Shown: positions 52,001 to 64,000 of the stretch, in pieces
How the letters are laid out: each line of letters begins with the position of its first letter
How positions within the stretch are numbered: position 1 is the stretch's first letter
Assembly (NCBI GenBank): GCA_030141605.1
Contig: JAQGDQ010000046.1
Location: 496,001-560,000, forward strand
DNA length: 64,000 nt
Origin: Tubiluchus corallicola
Lineage: Eukaryota > Animalia > Priapulida
Reading direction: 5' to 3'
Translations under genes and position numbers: made by a program
Notes under the pieces: generated by a model
The model's database searches: none
What the model was told of the DNA's origin: nothing
Seen by the model: the letters and a program-made list of their open reading frames with translations, nothing else

Positions 52001-55000
52001 AATATGTATGTATAATACACATTAGAATTTTATCAGACAAGAGCGGTTTAACTTTACGAGGAAAACCATCATTAATAAAGCATGCACGTGTAGCCAGAGT
52101 TTGACAGCCAAGCTTAGTAAAAATATGGCACGTGTATTGTGTAATGCTGGTCACAACAGCGGCTCTTTATAGTAACAAACCCGCCTAGTATGCACAAACC
52201 TTTCTATATTATCTTCATCAGTAGGTAATATTACATCTGTTACTGTAAGCTCCAATTCAGGTGGCCGTTTAAATATCAACGTTACCAACAGTGCGGCAAG
52301 TAAGGCTTTTACAGGCTGGATAATAAATATGCTCTGCAAGAGAGATGTCCACATAGACACCAACCATTGAACACTCTTTTCATTACCATATTTTAAGCCA
52401 TACAGCATAACCAGATAAGTACAGATAGCACATGAGCTCAATACTAGTGTCCATGCAACATAAGCACCCCACCATGGTAACTGAACTGCTGCTCTGCCAT
52501 GGATATCTTTTCCAACGCACATTGCAAGCGGGCATGAAACGACTTTATCACCGATAAGAACCCTTGGATTGGCGGTAGCGTGATACTGTTTAGCCAATGA
52601 CTGAGATGATTTTTTTCGGTTCTTGTCAAGAAAATCTTCATCCAAAATATCATTGTCCTGCAACCAATCTTGTGTACTAAATGGATCATCAAATGAAAAG
52701 CGCTGATTGTTAAGAGAGCGAGAAAGAAGAGGTGGTACATCTTTTTTTAAAGATTCACGATGTGGCTCATATAAGCTGCCAATACAGCTTTTGAACTTTC
52801 TAGTCTCAAACGCATCTTGAGGCATTTGTCGATCTTGATATTCGCTCTTTGCTTTTGACACATCTGTCAGAAATTCTTTCAAGCCTATGAAGGTTTTACT
52901 TATTTCTTGAGAGTAAAATCCTTCTTCACGTGTGGCTAACCTCAAGTTTGCTTCAAGAGTATCAGTGGTCGAGTCCTGTAAAATAAACAAACAACAAGAC
53001 CGTTCTCAATATTAATTTTAAGTCTAAAACAAAAGATTGAAGTGTCAATCTTGCCTTATCCATAAACTAAAATAAATCATTTTCTTTCAATTTCACTGGA
53101 GTTCGACAAGTCATTAACAAATAAAATTGCTGCTGGTAATCTTGAATCCTGTTCTTCACATTTATGTAATACCGTTAGACAGAGAACTCCTCCTGACGTA
53201 CAGCTCAGGAACTGTAGGCAATGTTTTTACATGTCAAAAGCAAATTTAGTGTTATGTCCTAGTTAATATTATACACCCAATTTTTTAAAATTCATATTTG
53301 AGAAGAAAACGATTACTTTATACTTTGGTCATTGTCGGTTTGCAGGTCTTGTGCAGCAGCAAACAGAAATAAATTTTACTCTACTAACTGTCCAGAAAAA
53401 TTAGACTCAGACTTACAGTGTGAGTTTGCAAGTTGAATGTGGACTGAGGAAGATCAAACATTAAATCCTCCTCAATTTCTTCTGTTTCACCAAAATTAGT
53501 AGATATCAATTTCTCCACAGCTGCCTTGTGCAATTCTTCACTGCAAAAGCATTCAATAAATTGATAAAGCTTTCATTTTTTGCAAACAGTTTTGACGAGT
53601 TTTAGACTAAGTAGTTTCAAATGAAACAAAAGACAAGTGTTAACAATCACTAGAACAAAACATAAAATGTCATTTATGACCAGTAGTCAGTATCACGTTG
53701 TTATAATACTTACGGCTCCACATAGTTGCTTTTTTCACCACGTGGCCTAGACATACGGAATATGGCAGCAATTATGATATTGAGAGGAAATACAATTAAA
53801 CTGCTGGCAATACCTAAACAAATAAACTTTTAATACTGATGCTTTTAATGCTTCTAACAGAATGCAAATTAAGTTAGAGATAAAAACATCACCTTACATC
53901 AGTAAAAAGTATTTGTTTTTAACTATACTAAAACTTGTTTATTTATAAGTTTTTTCGGACTAATAAACCACTATTGTAATGTCTGTGATGGCCGTTGATG
54001 GTGATCTGTTGGTTCGGGATCGAAAGCTGTTTTGGGTGTCTGGAAATGAAGGCTATTATTGTTTATGTTCACCCTTTTTTGTTGAAGTTAAATAATCAAT
54101 TAAATTTTGAGTTAAATCTTGAGTTATAGTTTATTATGCGGCACAACTTAATAACTATAAACAAAGTACACTAAACTTGTTTACAACTTTTTAAGACTAA
54201 TAAGCTACTATAAATAAAGTTTCTACAATATAAACTGGACAGATTTATTTTAAGTAATCACATACAATACCATACCTATGTTTGTGAAATGCAAAATGTA
54301 TAATTACAATTTAGTAAGTAATTATTATTGTGCCAAAAATCTATATCTCTCATCCATGTGCATCTATCTAACCACCTTCGATAACTACAAAGCAATCTTT
54401 GCGCACTTTTCACGACACATACAGTCTGCAAACAAGCGATTTCAAAACAAAATTTGTTTTCAGAACAGTTAACAAACTGATTCTATCGTGTATAATTAAA
54501 TGATTTTCACAGCTAATGCCACTGTAGCTACTTTGTAAAAGACTCGGTAAAATACTAACAGTACCTATAAAAATTTGAGCCCAAGATAAACGAATGTATC
54601 CTAAAGTTAACTGATCTGCCGGATCATCTGTGGGAACGCCATAAAACATTATATTTGCTAACATGCCAGTTAGCAGTAATGATAAAGCACAAGTTAATCT
54701 CTGCAAAAAAATTTATCTGAATGAGAATATGGTTAAACACACGTGCAATAGCAACATCAAATACAACAAAAACAATAATTTCTTATTTAGGTCATGAAAT
54801 TAATGACAAACATAGGCTGCCTTACATTATAACATATGTTGTGTGTTTGGTTTAAACCACGCAACAGACAAAAGTTGTGGTTGTGAATATAATAAAACTA
54901 GTGAAATGGATGTGTGAGAAAAAGGTGTTTCAAAAATTTTCTGATATAATAGCAGCTGAGTGCATATATAGCCAAGAGTACGTACACGAAGAACGCACAG

Positions 55001-58000
55001 TACAAATTGCAAAAATTCTGATTGTAACTGAAGACCTAGGATGTACAATGGGGTCATCCATTGCAAAGAATGCAAATAAATTAAATGAACAATGCAAAGA
55101 AATTAAATGAACAACCAGTTTGCTTGTGAAACCCAAAAATTGCACCATGGCAACATTAGCCTAATTTTTGGTAGTAATATACTTTTTGCAAATCAAACTA
55201 TTACAAATAACAGTAAAGTACTAACCTGAACTCGAGTGAAATGGCTTTTTGCTGGTTTAATAAAGACGCTAGCCCATAAGTGCCCATCTCTAAGGCTCCC
55301 AAATGCTCTATTTCTGAATAAGTGTACAAATCCCTGAACAAGAGATATATCAGTGAAAAATAAAACAAAACTGTTACTCTTTCTCTTACTTTTATTAATA
55401 TCGTCATTGTCATCGTCTTTGCAGTCATCGTCATTATCATCATTTTACTTCAATGTAGCATGCAATTATACATAAAAAGTCACGTGTCAAAAGCAAATTT
55501 TTAACATTTTTGCACTTTTAAGCTTTCTCGATAAAACTATATTTCACATGTAATAATCAACCATAGATGGTTTTTGAAATACATGCATACCGCAGACCCC
55601 GACGCTGAAGAAAAGGAATTACAATTCAGGCATTTCACAACATTTGCACTATAATAGCTACATTATAAAAAAATTCCTTAAAAATCTGGCATTTACTCAG
55701 TTAAAATATTTACACTAAATTCAGGATGTTTCAACTCAATGCGATGTAAATAACAAAAAAAATTACAGATTCTAGTTCCTTCACACAATGTCTCTCAGCC
55801 ATGTAATATTCAAGAAGTAAGGTTTTTATTCAGAATAAGATATGTTACTATAAACAGTTTTCTTAAAATATGACAACGGCCTAAATTAAAACAAAATGTT
55901 TAGTAGTGTGATAGTAAACGAATAAAAACTACATTGAAGAGATTGCATAGTTAAGAAACACTTGTTATAGAAACTACAATTCATTATATATATAACTTAA
56001 AATTTCAGAGTTTACAAGATGCATCTCAGGCTGATTTGAAACATTCTGAATTTAGCAAATGTTATTCCACAAATTTTATCAGTACTGGGTAAAAGTGTAG
56101 AGGTATTAGCAGCACTACTGTAGCATTAGGGTAGTACAGTATTTTACATGCCAGCAAAAAATAGCTATAGCGCATAAATTAAACCTTACAGCATACGGCT
56201 TGCTTTAATTGTACATTATACACTGCCCAGATTCCAAGACTGTGAGGTTTACAATGAATTTATTGTAGCAAAAGTGAATTTTCAAATATCTGCCGCAATA
56301 CCTGCTAGGCTACAATGATTTTCTCAAGATCAGCTGCCAGCTAGTAAAATTGGCTTTCTGTATCCAGCTCAAACCAATGTGCACAGGCGCTGCTATAAAT
56401 AATGACGCGTATGCGCAATCAGCAATTTCACCACAGTCAGTAATTTTGCTTTTCCCACGCCTAATTCTGATTGTTGTGTGCATTGTTCAGTAATTCAGAT
56501 GTTTCAGTCTGGTTTCCATTTAATCTCAACTCATTTGATATTCAAAACTGACCAATGAAAACAAAACTGAAAACTGTATGAAGTCACAGCACATATAACT
56601 TAATAGTGTCAGAGGAGTGAGTGCTAAAACTGAATAACATGCCATAATTTCACGTAGTTTTAAAATACAGCTAATTGTACAAGCATACCAATGTAATAAT
56701 AAAATTATTTGTCTATTAAACACATTAATATATTTTGCAGAGTTGAAAACTCTATAAAATCACAGCACGTATAACTTTACATTGTCAGAAGACTGATAAA
56801 ACTGAAGAACATTCTATAATTACAGGTAAAATATCTATTAAACACATTTTATATCCCACATAGTTTTAGTCAACAAAGAGAAAATCATTTTTGCCTGAAA
56901 GGGATGTTTACAAATGTTCTTTGTTTTAACACAACTTGCAAGTACCATCTGCCTACCAACACAGATAAGCAGATAGGACACTAGAGCACACATCCTTCTT
57001 AGGACAACAGACATTACGATATTTGAACTCACTGTATTTAGACAGATAGGAAATTTAGGCAGATAAGATATGATGATGCAGGACATTTGGATACATGAGG
57101 TAATAGGACATTTTCATATTTAGGACAGTTGGACATATAGGCTATTTGGTATTGGATCTGGACTTAGGACATTTGCATAATATTTGGTATTGTGGGTTTG
57201 TATAGCCAAACCTACCATCAAAGGATAAACGCCTTGCTTTTGTCTTTCTTTATCCTGCATATATTCACTATAATTGGCTTCATGAAACTTATGAAATAAA
57301 ACACGAATGTTTAAAAACATTTTTCAGAGTAGCACATTTAGCCTTGCTAGATGCCACATAGCTTTGCTTGCACTTCAATGCCCGACTTATTGTTTTAAAT
57401 TTGCATGTCAGGGGAAAATTTAGGAATTTAGGCATATTATTTGCTCTTACACTTCTGCTTCCACAAGCAGTGAATACACAAAAGCCTGGAAAATCAACAT
57501 AGTCACAAAGTTGCATGCTGTACTATATGATTTTACACCTACTGAAGTGCTTAAGAGCGCGTCCGCGAGAAGACCATGCAAAATCGAAAAATTCCGGCAC
57601 AAGGCTAGGTAACCGATTCGGACCAAAGTTCGGGTATGAGGTCCACTAGTCACTAGTATTCACTATGTGAATCCGCTTGGCCCAACTCCTCATAGTAGCA
57701 GAGGTACGGCATAGGCCGATTTTCATGAAAAAATACCTATTTTTCTCTATTTTTTACTCATATTTGAAGGATTAGCCATGCAGCAACTACTGAATAGATA
57801 TGACTCTGCACAGTAGTGGATCTTGTTATCTTCTCCAAAATGACTTTTCGACTTTTGTCCCAAACCCCCCTCTTTCGGCTCTACTGGGGGTCTTTAAACT
57901 CACATTACGTGCAAGATGCAAATACTCAGTCATTTCAAAGTCTTATATGTCACCCACTGCGGGGGCGGGGACAAAAATATCGATATGTATGTGAATAGAG

Positions 58001-61000
58001 CATCCCATCCCACTATGCTGCAGTGACAATTTCGATGGAGCGAATTTCCACCCTATTGTAAAAGACATCTGAAAGAGGCATATATCAGGGTGAAAATATA
58101 GTAAGAACGTTCATCAAAAAGCTTCGTGTAGGTAAACATGAGTTGTCAAATCTTGTCAAAATACTTCAAAACATCATAAATATTCATCTTCGGCAACTAG
58201 GGGCCTGGCCAGCACATTGGTTAAACTACCGACAGGATTGGACTCCAGCATTCAAGATGGCGGCCACTGCTGAACTAAAATGTTCGTTTTCTGGGCTGTT
58301 TACCAGCGTTAAATGCGGCATTGTGACTAGTTATCCGCACGAAACGAATATTGTGAATCTATTAGCCTGTACTAAAGACACTGGACCGCATTTAGAGCGC
58401 TTCCAATCTTAAAAAAATGAAATCTCTAAGGAATGGAAATTGCTTCTTGCAAGGACTGGAAAATGTTTTATGTACTGTTTATTTTCTATGCTTTGTAAAT
58501 GTTATGTACAGGTTATTACCTAGTTATTACTCGTCTTACATATGCGTACAAGCCAGGACACAAAGAAAATTGCCCTAAATCTGAGCGAAAGCCCAAAAAA
58601 TATGGGACAGACTTGATATCATTTGTCCGGTGATTTTTAGACAGTAAAACATCGAAAATTTTTGTGCCATTGACGCAATCATTCAATCACACTATTAATA
58701 TTTTTTGTCAGAAGTATCGATTTTGTGCCACAAATAAATTTTGGGCGAAGAAAAATTTTCTGTGCTAAATATCACCGCCATCCCCCTAGAAGCGACCCAT
58801 ACGCTTATATTGTCTCATGTTTAGACTGTAAGATTTTCACTTTATCACTTTCCCCATGATATATTTGTCTATATTTCTGTATCTATCTTCTAGTGCTAAT
58901 CTACCTGCATCGATAATTCTTTCTCTATTATTTAGATATTATGGTTTTGATTACTTGTACCATTCTTACTGATTACTTGTACTCTTCAGTGATAGGATTA
59001 TGCTGCTACAATAGGAACAGTATTTTGGACTTCGAGAAATTAATTCTGACTGAGTTTTGTAGTTTTTTTCATTTTTGTACTGATATTCATAATCTTCTAT
59101 GTATAGCCATGAAGCTTATTCATATAAAAAGTATAAAAAATGAACGGATTTCTATTGTATATATATATATATATACCAAGTGTTGTTAGATTCTTTCGCT
59201 AGCAATGACTCTCAATCTTAACAATCGGTACTTCTTTTCTATTAGAGGGCTTATTGTTCAGTCTTTCCTGGTATCCACTAGCGATTCAGTGTGTAGAGAA
59301 TGCCCTGAATCAGGGTCGGACTCGGTACTAGGGGCATGCATGATGTCCTGTCCAGAAATCCATCAGAAGAGGCAATTATTCATATTTGTAGTCATATGAA
59401 AATTCCGACATAACTAAACCAATTTAAGATGAAATTCGCAAATTTCTAGTAATTTCCATGGCAAAGGAATCTATTGCTACTAGGAATGGAGAGCACTAGT
59501 CACAGAAAATGCAGGTTAAACGTGACTAAATGTCTACTGTCATATAACGACCTGAGCCAAGTATGTCTGCTTTTTACACATGGACGGAATTACTATGGAA
59601 AGTAAAAGAGTGTGTTGATATGGCAGTTTTTTCTAACAGTGCCCCCTCTATATAATGTCATTCATGATATTATCTCAGCTCGTGCGTTTTCATGAAATTT
59701 AGAATACAGAATACAATACATAGATAGAAAAAATATTGAAAAACTACAAAAAAGGCGAATTTTGCTGATTTTTGTGAAATTTTAAAGTGCCAGTACTAAA
59801 TACTGAAACAGGCTCCAGCGAATTTTCTTTTTTATATTATTAGTGAGGATGATGGTTAACACATAATTGAAAACCAGAAGTTCTGTAGCCCCGCAGTGGG
59901 CGAGTTATGAGCCTTACAACTTAACCTCTCCCTGGACTCTTAACAAAGAGCCGAATTTGAAAAATCCCGTTCTCTGACACTATTAATAGTATGTCAGAAA
60001 AAGTTAGGATATCAGAAGACAATGTCTGGGTCTATGTACCAGCCAACTTACATCGACCCATCTATAATAGTTTATACAGGAGAAAAAGTTAAAATAAGCC
60101 TCCAAAATAGCGTTTTTTTGCCTCTTTTGAGGTCAATTTCTTGATGTGGTCATTTCTCAGCTAATAGTAGCTCGATCGATTTGATATCTTGGTTACATGG
60201 TTTTGGGGGGTCGCCCTTCATGATAGAAAAAAATGATATAAATTCGTCACCCCTCATGTGCCACCCTCTGCATGGTGCTCTCGCGGACACGTTCTTAACA
60301 TGTGTACGTCATGAATCTATGAACAGTGAGCAGCTACAACCACTCTAGTCTTACACTACTTGCCCAAACTACTTCAGTTGTGTATTATAGTAGTGTTCTT
60401 GCCTGGTTAACTGTGGCTAGTTCAATTATGATAAAAAGTGACAAGTGCAATATTTTACATTGTAAACACAAATAAAATTGAATGTGAAAAGAAGATTTTT
60501 TAATACATTTAGAAAGTTGTTTGTTGTTGTTCTTTGTAAAATAGTCTATATTCATAATTAACAGACAGATGTCCATAAAACCTTGACTGTACCATAAAAT
60601 AGCACAGCAAGACTTGTACTGTATTTTATCTTTTTTATAACTAACTTGTTTTACAAGTAGCTGTAGCTAACTACTTTTGAAAAAAGTAACTTGTAGCTAT
60701 AGATAGCTACTTTTTTATTTTAGCTTACCCAACATTGAATTTTATTAACACTATTTAAAATGCACACTTTGACAAAACGTGAGAAAAAATTTTCAAAATC
60801 TATGCAAAGAAAAATTATCAGCCATCACAAAAAGAGATTTCCCGGTGTCATGGATGGTGAAGGCTCTGCAAAATTGTACCATGAACGTCACACAAACAAA
60901 CAAAATTAAGTTTACATCATATTTTAATTCAAAGTGAATTATTAAAAAAATGTTTTCTATTTTTAAAACAGACCAGCAGTTTTTCTTCTGGTGTTGGGTA

Positions 61001-63158
61001 CAAAGTGCACCGCACAATCTGTGGTCCATAGTCAACAGCTAGCCAATTGTTGTACCTAAAGCACCACGCTTGATTTGCTTCAACATCTCTAATTACAATT
61101 CTACTCAAGAACCTGAAAAACACACAGAAGTCTTAGGTGTTTTTTGCCATATAAAAAAGGAAAAATTAAACATTTGAGACTAGTTTCTAAGCTCACGAAG
61201 AGGCTAAAACACCCAATGAGATCATTAAAACCAGCTGGCGTATTGTGCAAGAAATTGGATACTATTGTCCACTATCCAAATATAAAACTTATCTTTGTTT
61301 TGCACATTAATTCTTACAAAAAGCTGGATGTTACAAGAACTGGAAATACAAGAAACAAAAAATGGCAATGGCAATGCCAATGGCAGTGACTATGACACTG
61401 GCATACGTTTTTATGATCTAGTAAGACCTAATAGGGAAACAGGAGAGCCCAATGTAGAGTCGAAATAGACGAATTACCATCTCGGACTAGGTCCAGCATT
61501 ATCGTGCCAAACTTCGAGTGCTATAAGTGTTCCCAATGATTTATCAGTAGTCATCACAAACCAGTCCTCAGAGCCTTCCTCTAAAATTCGTTTAGTTGGA
61601 TCACAAAGTTTAATAGGCAAGCTATTACCCTTTAAACCTAAACAGCAAATAAATGGATCAGCACAATGTATCTAAGTAAAACTGCTTAACACATGAAAAA
61701 ACATGTGGCCCATTTTTGTCTCGTTGCACAAAAAATGTTAAATATTGACATAATAAGATAATTTAAAGTAAAATACGGCAAAATACCAGATACAAACTGA
61801 CTCAAAATATTTTGAGAGTGACATGAAGTTAAATTTTGCTAAATGTCAATACAAGCGACGAATTAAGCTCTCATATGGTGAAAAAAATTAATGGGAGATA
61901 AAAATAGCAAAACATAATATTTTTTGAGTCATCATGTGTCGACAACGAAAACAAAATAATCCAACAGACAGAAATTTTAGTAAACTCAATTAATATGAAA
62001 AATATGTCATTTCATTAAACTTATAAGTTAAATGATATTATAAAACTTGTGTGCTATGGCAGTTTTTAACAATAATATTACTAGACAGGCAGATGCATGA
62101 TTAAATACACTTTGATGTCATAAATTACACTGCAGAGTAAGCCGTATTATAAGACATGATGGTCTGGAAATTCTAAAGTACCAACTGCATAATTAGATTA
62201 CAGATTACAGGCTTTAAAATTAATGAATTACAAGCAATGGCTTGTCTTGTTAATACACACCTTTTAGGGTAACAGTAACATTTGCTGAAGTTCCTGCACC
62301 TCTCCTAACTCCCGTATAAACAATGATAAGATAAGCATATTTATCTAAAGGATGATTCTCTTCTAGCACAGTAACACCAACCTGTTAAATAATGATTAAC
62401 CTTGTTACACTAATCAAGGGAAAGGTTATTTAACTGAAAAAGTGAAAGGATATTATACTCGAACCCCTTCTCCTTTTTCCTCCATTTGTTTTCTCCCTGT
62501 GTTTCTCTCTGCAATCCTTTGACATCTGCATTCCATAATGGATCTTTATCAGCAAAACTGTAAAGTATTAATTTACCAAACCTCAAGGTAACTTCCTTTA
62601 AAAATAAATATGTTTAATTAACTTACCCTTAATTCATCACGTTGATCATTTTTTCTTGCATAAAGTAACAAAACAAGGTAGAGACACCAAACACCACACA
62701 TAAATGCAATAACTATAGGGTTATCGAAAAATGTCAGAAAAAGAACAGCATCTTTAAAAGGGTGAATAGCATTTGGGGCAATCACAAATGATCCTCCAAA
62801 TGTTGTCAAATGATTGCACTGACAATGTAATTCTGTCGCTGTTGTCAGTATACCGACCTGTAAAACAAAGCAAAAAGCTTAGTAACTCACAACTAAAAAA
62901 CGAGCTGTTTCTTTTTCTGTATTTCTACTTATTTTTGATTTTTGAATGTAAGCCTGGTGCAGCATAGAGCAAATACAAAAATCTCTGATTTGGTCAAGTA
63001 GTCAAACAAACAATTGTTTTAATACATGATCCTTACTAAAATTATTTACTTTATTACCTGGCATCCATCACCAGACCACTCATTCTTAGAGGCATGCCAA
63101 TATAAACAACGTGACGCATAGAATGTAATGGAAAAATTAACACGAGGGTAATCTGCAA
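38946..63158 (-). CDS. PKD1L2-like: Gene A: polycystin-1-like (PKD1L/REJ family) receptor-channel, 3' part (GPS-TM1-PLAT-TM2..5-TOP/channel), 15 exons, 5' part beyond window end
   Basis: Exons join(63058-63158,62627-62857,62261-62381,61478-61637,60974-61112,55226-55333,54565-54700,53714-53813,53417-53540,52200-52975,50122-50292,48684-48759,44681-44846,43359-43541,38946-40006). All are GT-AG with matching phases and give one open frame of about 1216 aa. Hallmark motifs: CLYW..W...GC, CQCNHLTTF, YTG...AGTSANV, WHDNAG, HLWASV..P..S.FTRVQR, LPWW, YSGGGY, WIDDHTRA. Orthology within the family is not established. Confidence 0.93.
40640..40960 (-). mobile_element. Harbinger/PIF transposase N-terminal remnant in last intron of gene A
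   Basis: Across frames: RKHRFWVH, REQYGIYHHLMKEL, LFEELLLCISP, ISHLGNGD; compare Harbinger consensus WVHP..R..YG.YH.L..EL...F.ELL..I.P...LR.LA.GD. Confidence 0.6.
41447..42540. repeat. 43-bp minisatellite, about 25 copies
   Basis: Unit GTACATCAGCTACAATGTACCAGCAATTGTCAATCTACTGTTA, head-to-tail with few substitutions. Confidence 0.95.
43359..43541 (-). CDS. Gene A exon: TOP domain
   Basis: GSCSIYPIFEPFGRRCVNDYTWATEDTRSYKPGW...WTFQSTLALWTLPFA; phase 1-1. Confidence 0.9.
44681..44846 (-). CDS. Gene A exon: TOP domain
   Basis: VSDVDSMWDYIDSTLLSNLF...KLIGVVRLRLLRASP (cf. consensus LLGxPRLRQLR); phase 0-1. Confidence 0.9.
44878..45610. mobile_element. AAAATGGCAC-family MITE with internal GA-rich tract
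   Basis: Left AAAATGGCAC repeats plus GGTTTAGGGTTA, right GTGCCATTTT repeats, polypurine tract 45320-45545; starts about 30 nt from the 44846 acceptor. Confidence 0.7.
47673..48060. repeat. 43-bp tandem repeat (about 6 copies) inside a probable MITE
   Basis: Unit TTCATTCAGCGCATTCAGACTAGCGAGTTTTCTGTTGCGAGTT; inverted ends GTGCTCAGACTA / TAGTCTGAACATGC. Confidence 0.8.
48684..48759 (-). CDS. Gene A exon: TOP domain start
   Basis: SHLVTQSVNDMFITASYKGQIAFTN; phase 2-0, gtaagt donor. Confidence 0.85.
49601..49790. repeat. 51-bp tandem repeat, about 3.7 copies
   Basis: Unit AACTCTGTCAGTCAATGTGGAACTCATTCTAGTGTATTTTCTATAATTATC. Confidence 0.9.
50122..50292 (-). CDS. Gene A exon: pre-S1 helix and TM6/S1
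   Basis: VLQRRYEYRPPDEKELEYYRKIRLHKRNMNKLMRELLLFSVFTFLLGSIVYSFRDS; phase 2-2. Confidence 0.9.
50740..51769. mobile_element. Full-length AAAATGGCAC-family MITE
   Basis: Arrays of AAAATGGCACAG at the left end and CTGTGCCATTTT at the right end (inverted); flanks GTTTCAAG / GCTTCAAG are a possible TSD. Confidence 0.75.
52200..52975 (-). CDS. Gene A exon: cytoplasmic loop plus TM4-TM5
   Basis: Within ORF 52151-52990: ...QLPWWGAYVAWTLVLSSCAICTYLVMLYGLKYGNEKSVQWLVSMWTSLLQSIFIIQPVKA...; phase 0-2. Confidence 0.92.
53417..53540 (-). CDS. Gene A exon: acidic cytoplasmic loop
   Basis: EELHKAAVEKLISTNFGETEEIEEDLMFDLPQSTFNLQTHT; phase 2-0 bridges neighbouring exons; gtaagt donor. Confidence 0.8.
53714..53813 (-). 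CDS. Gene A exon: TM3
   Basis: GIASSLIVFPLNIIIAAIFRMSRPRGEKSNYVEP; phase 1-2, gtaagt donor. Confidence 0.9.
54565..54700 (-). CDS. Gene A exon: TM2
   Basis: RLTCALSLLLTGMLANIMFYGVPTDDPADQLTLGYIRLSWAQIFI; phase 0-1. Confidence 0.92.
55226..55333 (-). CDS. Gene A exon: post-PLAT conserved loop
   Basis: GFVHLFRNRAFGSLRDGHLWASVFIKPAKSHFTRVQ; phase 0-0. Confidence 0.92.
57555..60294. mobile_element. Non-autonomous Kolobok-type DNA transposon (2.74 kb)
   Basis: TTAA flanks at 57551-57554 and 60295-60298; TIR GAGCGCGTCCGCGAGAAGACCATGCA vs TGCATGGTGCTCTCGCGGACACGTTC; purine-purine terminus fits Kolobok rather than piggyBac; no transposase ORF. Confidence 0.7.
60974..61112 (-). CDS. Gene A exon: PLAT domain end
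   Basis: FLSRIVIRDVEANQAWCFRYNNWLAVDYGPQIVRCTLYPTPEEKLL; phase 2-0. Confidence 0.88.
61478..61637 (-). CDS. Gene A exon: PLAT domain middle
   Basis: GLKGNSLPIKLCDPTKRILEEGSEDWFVMTTDKSLGTLIALEVWHDNAGPSPRW; phase 1-2. Confidence 0.92.
62261..62381 (-). CDS. Gene A exon: PLAT/LH2 domain start
   Basis: VGVTVLEENHPLDKYAYLIIVYTGVRRGAGTSANVTVTLK; phase 0-1. Confidence 0.92.
62627..62857 (-). CDS. Gene A exon: GPS cleavage motif and TM1
   Basis: VGILTTATELHCQCNHLTTFGGSFVIAPNAI...NPIVIAFMCGVWCLYLVLLLYARKNDQRDELR; 231 nt, phase 0-0, gtaagt donor. Confidence 0.93.
63058..63158 (-). CDS. Gene A exon: GAIN-B/GPS first half
   Basis: tttttcag|TT GCA...CAG|gtaat; ADYPRVNFSITFYASRCLYWHASKNEWSGDGCQ. Confidence 0.9.
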
Positions 63159-64000
63159 CTGAAAAATCGATACAAATATTAAATTCTGATACAATAACCA
63201 GTCATGAATAAATCTCACATACAATTCAAGCATAGTATCATGACATATGAAGGCTACAGCAGATGTCTCCTGGTGATTCACAAGAGCTTTTATTTATAGG
63301 AAACACTAGGACATTGTTTTAATACAAGTTTCAAAAATTTGTCTATAATAACTCATCAGTATCCATAAAGCTTTATGACAAAGACAGATACTAATAAGTG
63401 AAGTATCCATTTCAATGAGTGCTGATTAAGGCAGACTGGTGAGCAACAACAGGTCACATCAATTAACTTTTAAACATTCTATGAAAACATGGTGTAAGTT
63501 ATAACCGACTTTAATTTGCATGCTTATAAACACATAGATACGTAGATATAGATAAACACTGTAATATTCTAGTAGAGGAAATATATGTCAAGCATACGAT
63601 TAGACTCTGTTAACATGTCGGTCACCTATTTCTAGAATAAATTACCAATATTAGTGATGACCGACAAATAAAGCTAAAAATTTACAAGAGTTTTCAACCT
63701 TCAAATTTTTTATCAAGTGACCTATTGTGAAATCAATAGTTTTAATCGCATAACTTACAATACTGCCACTATTGTGCATGCAATTTCCTTGTTCAATGTT
63801 TATATTGGAAAGCTTCAAGTTTATCATCGCTAAAATTAGTACAAAATCAATTACTATATTTATGTGCTGGCAAAAAAAAACTGGCCACAAGTTGGCATAG
63901 TTAAAACTACGTTACGATGCTTCAAACTAAGATGCACCAAAAACTTGGTCAAATGTCAATTTTTTGTTTTTTATAAAAACAAATGCTAAATACATTGGAC

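Noticed and set aside
52151-52199. ORF end as the stop of a separate gene
   Set aside because: The phase-2 donor at 52200 splices in frame to 50292, so the stop is intronic

Overview
AT-rich animal (invertebrate-type) genomic DNA with GT-AG spliceosomal genes and many transposon relics. It is not prokaryotic. I read two tandem minus-strand polycystin-1-family genes by hand. Gene A (>63158 to stop at 38946) has 15 phase-consistent exons, about 1216 aa, encoding GPS/GAIN, TM1, PLAT, TM2-5 and the polycystin TOP/channel region. Gene B (at least 24829 to <680) has 6 phase-consistent exons, about 493 codons, encoding a PKD-like/REJ ectodomain; its 5' end is unresolved and it continues off the left edge. 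The most unusual signal is a third, degenerate PKD/REJ/GAIN-stalk gene whose broken exons appear in colinear order on the same strand, interleaved between the intact exons of gene B. Introns and intergenic DNA hold an Academ-like relic, a LINE nested in a hAT-type MITE, a Kolobok-type non-autonomous element, a solo LTR, Harbinger fragments, several MITEs and minisatellites. All family assignments come from motif recognition by eye; no searches were run.
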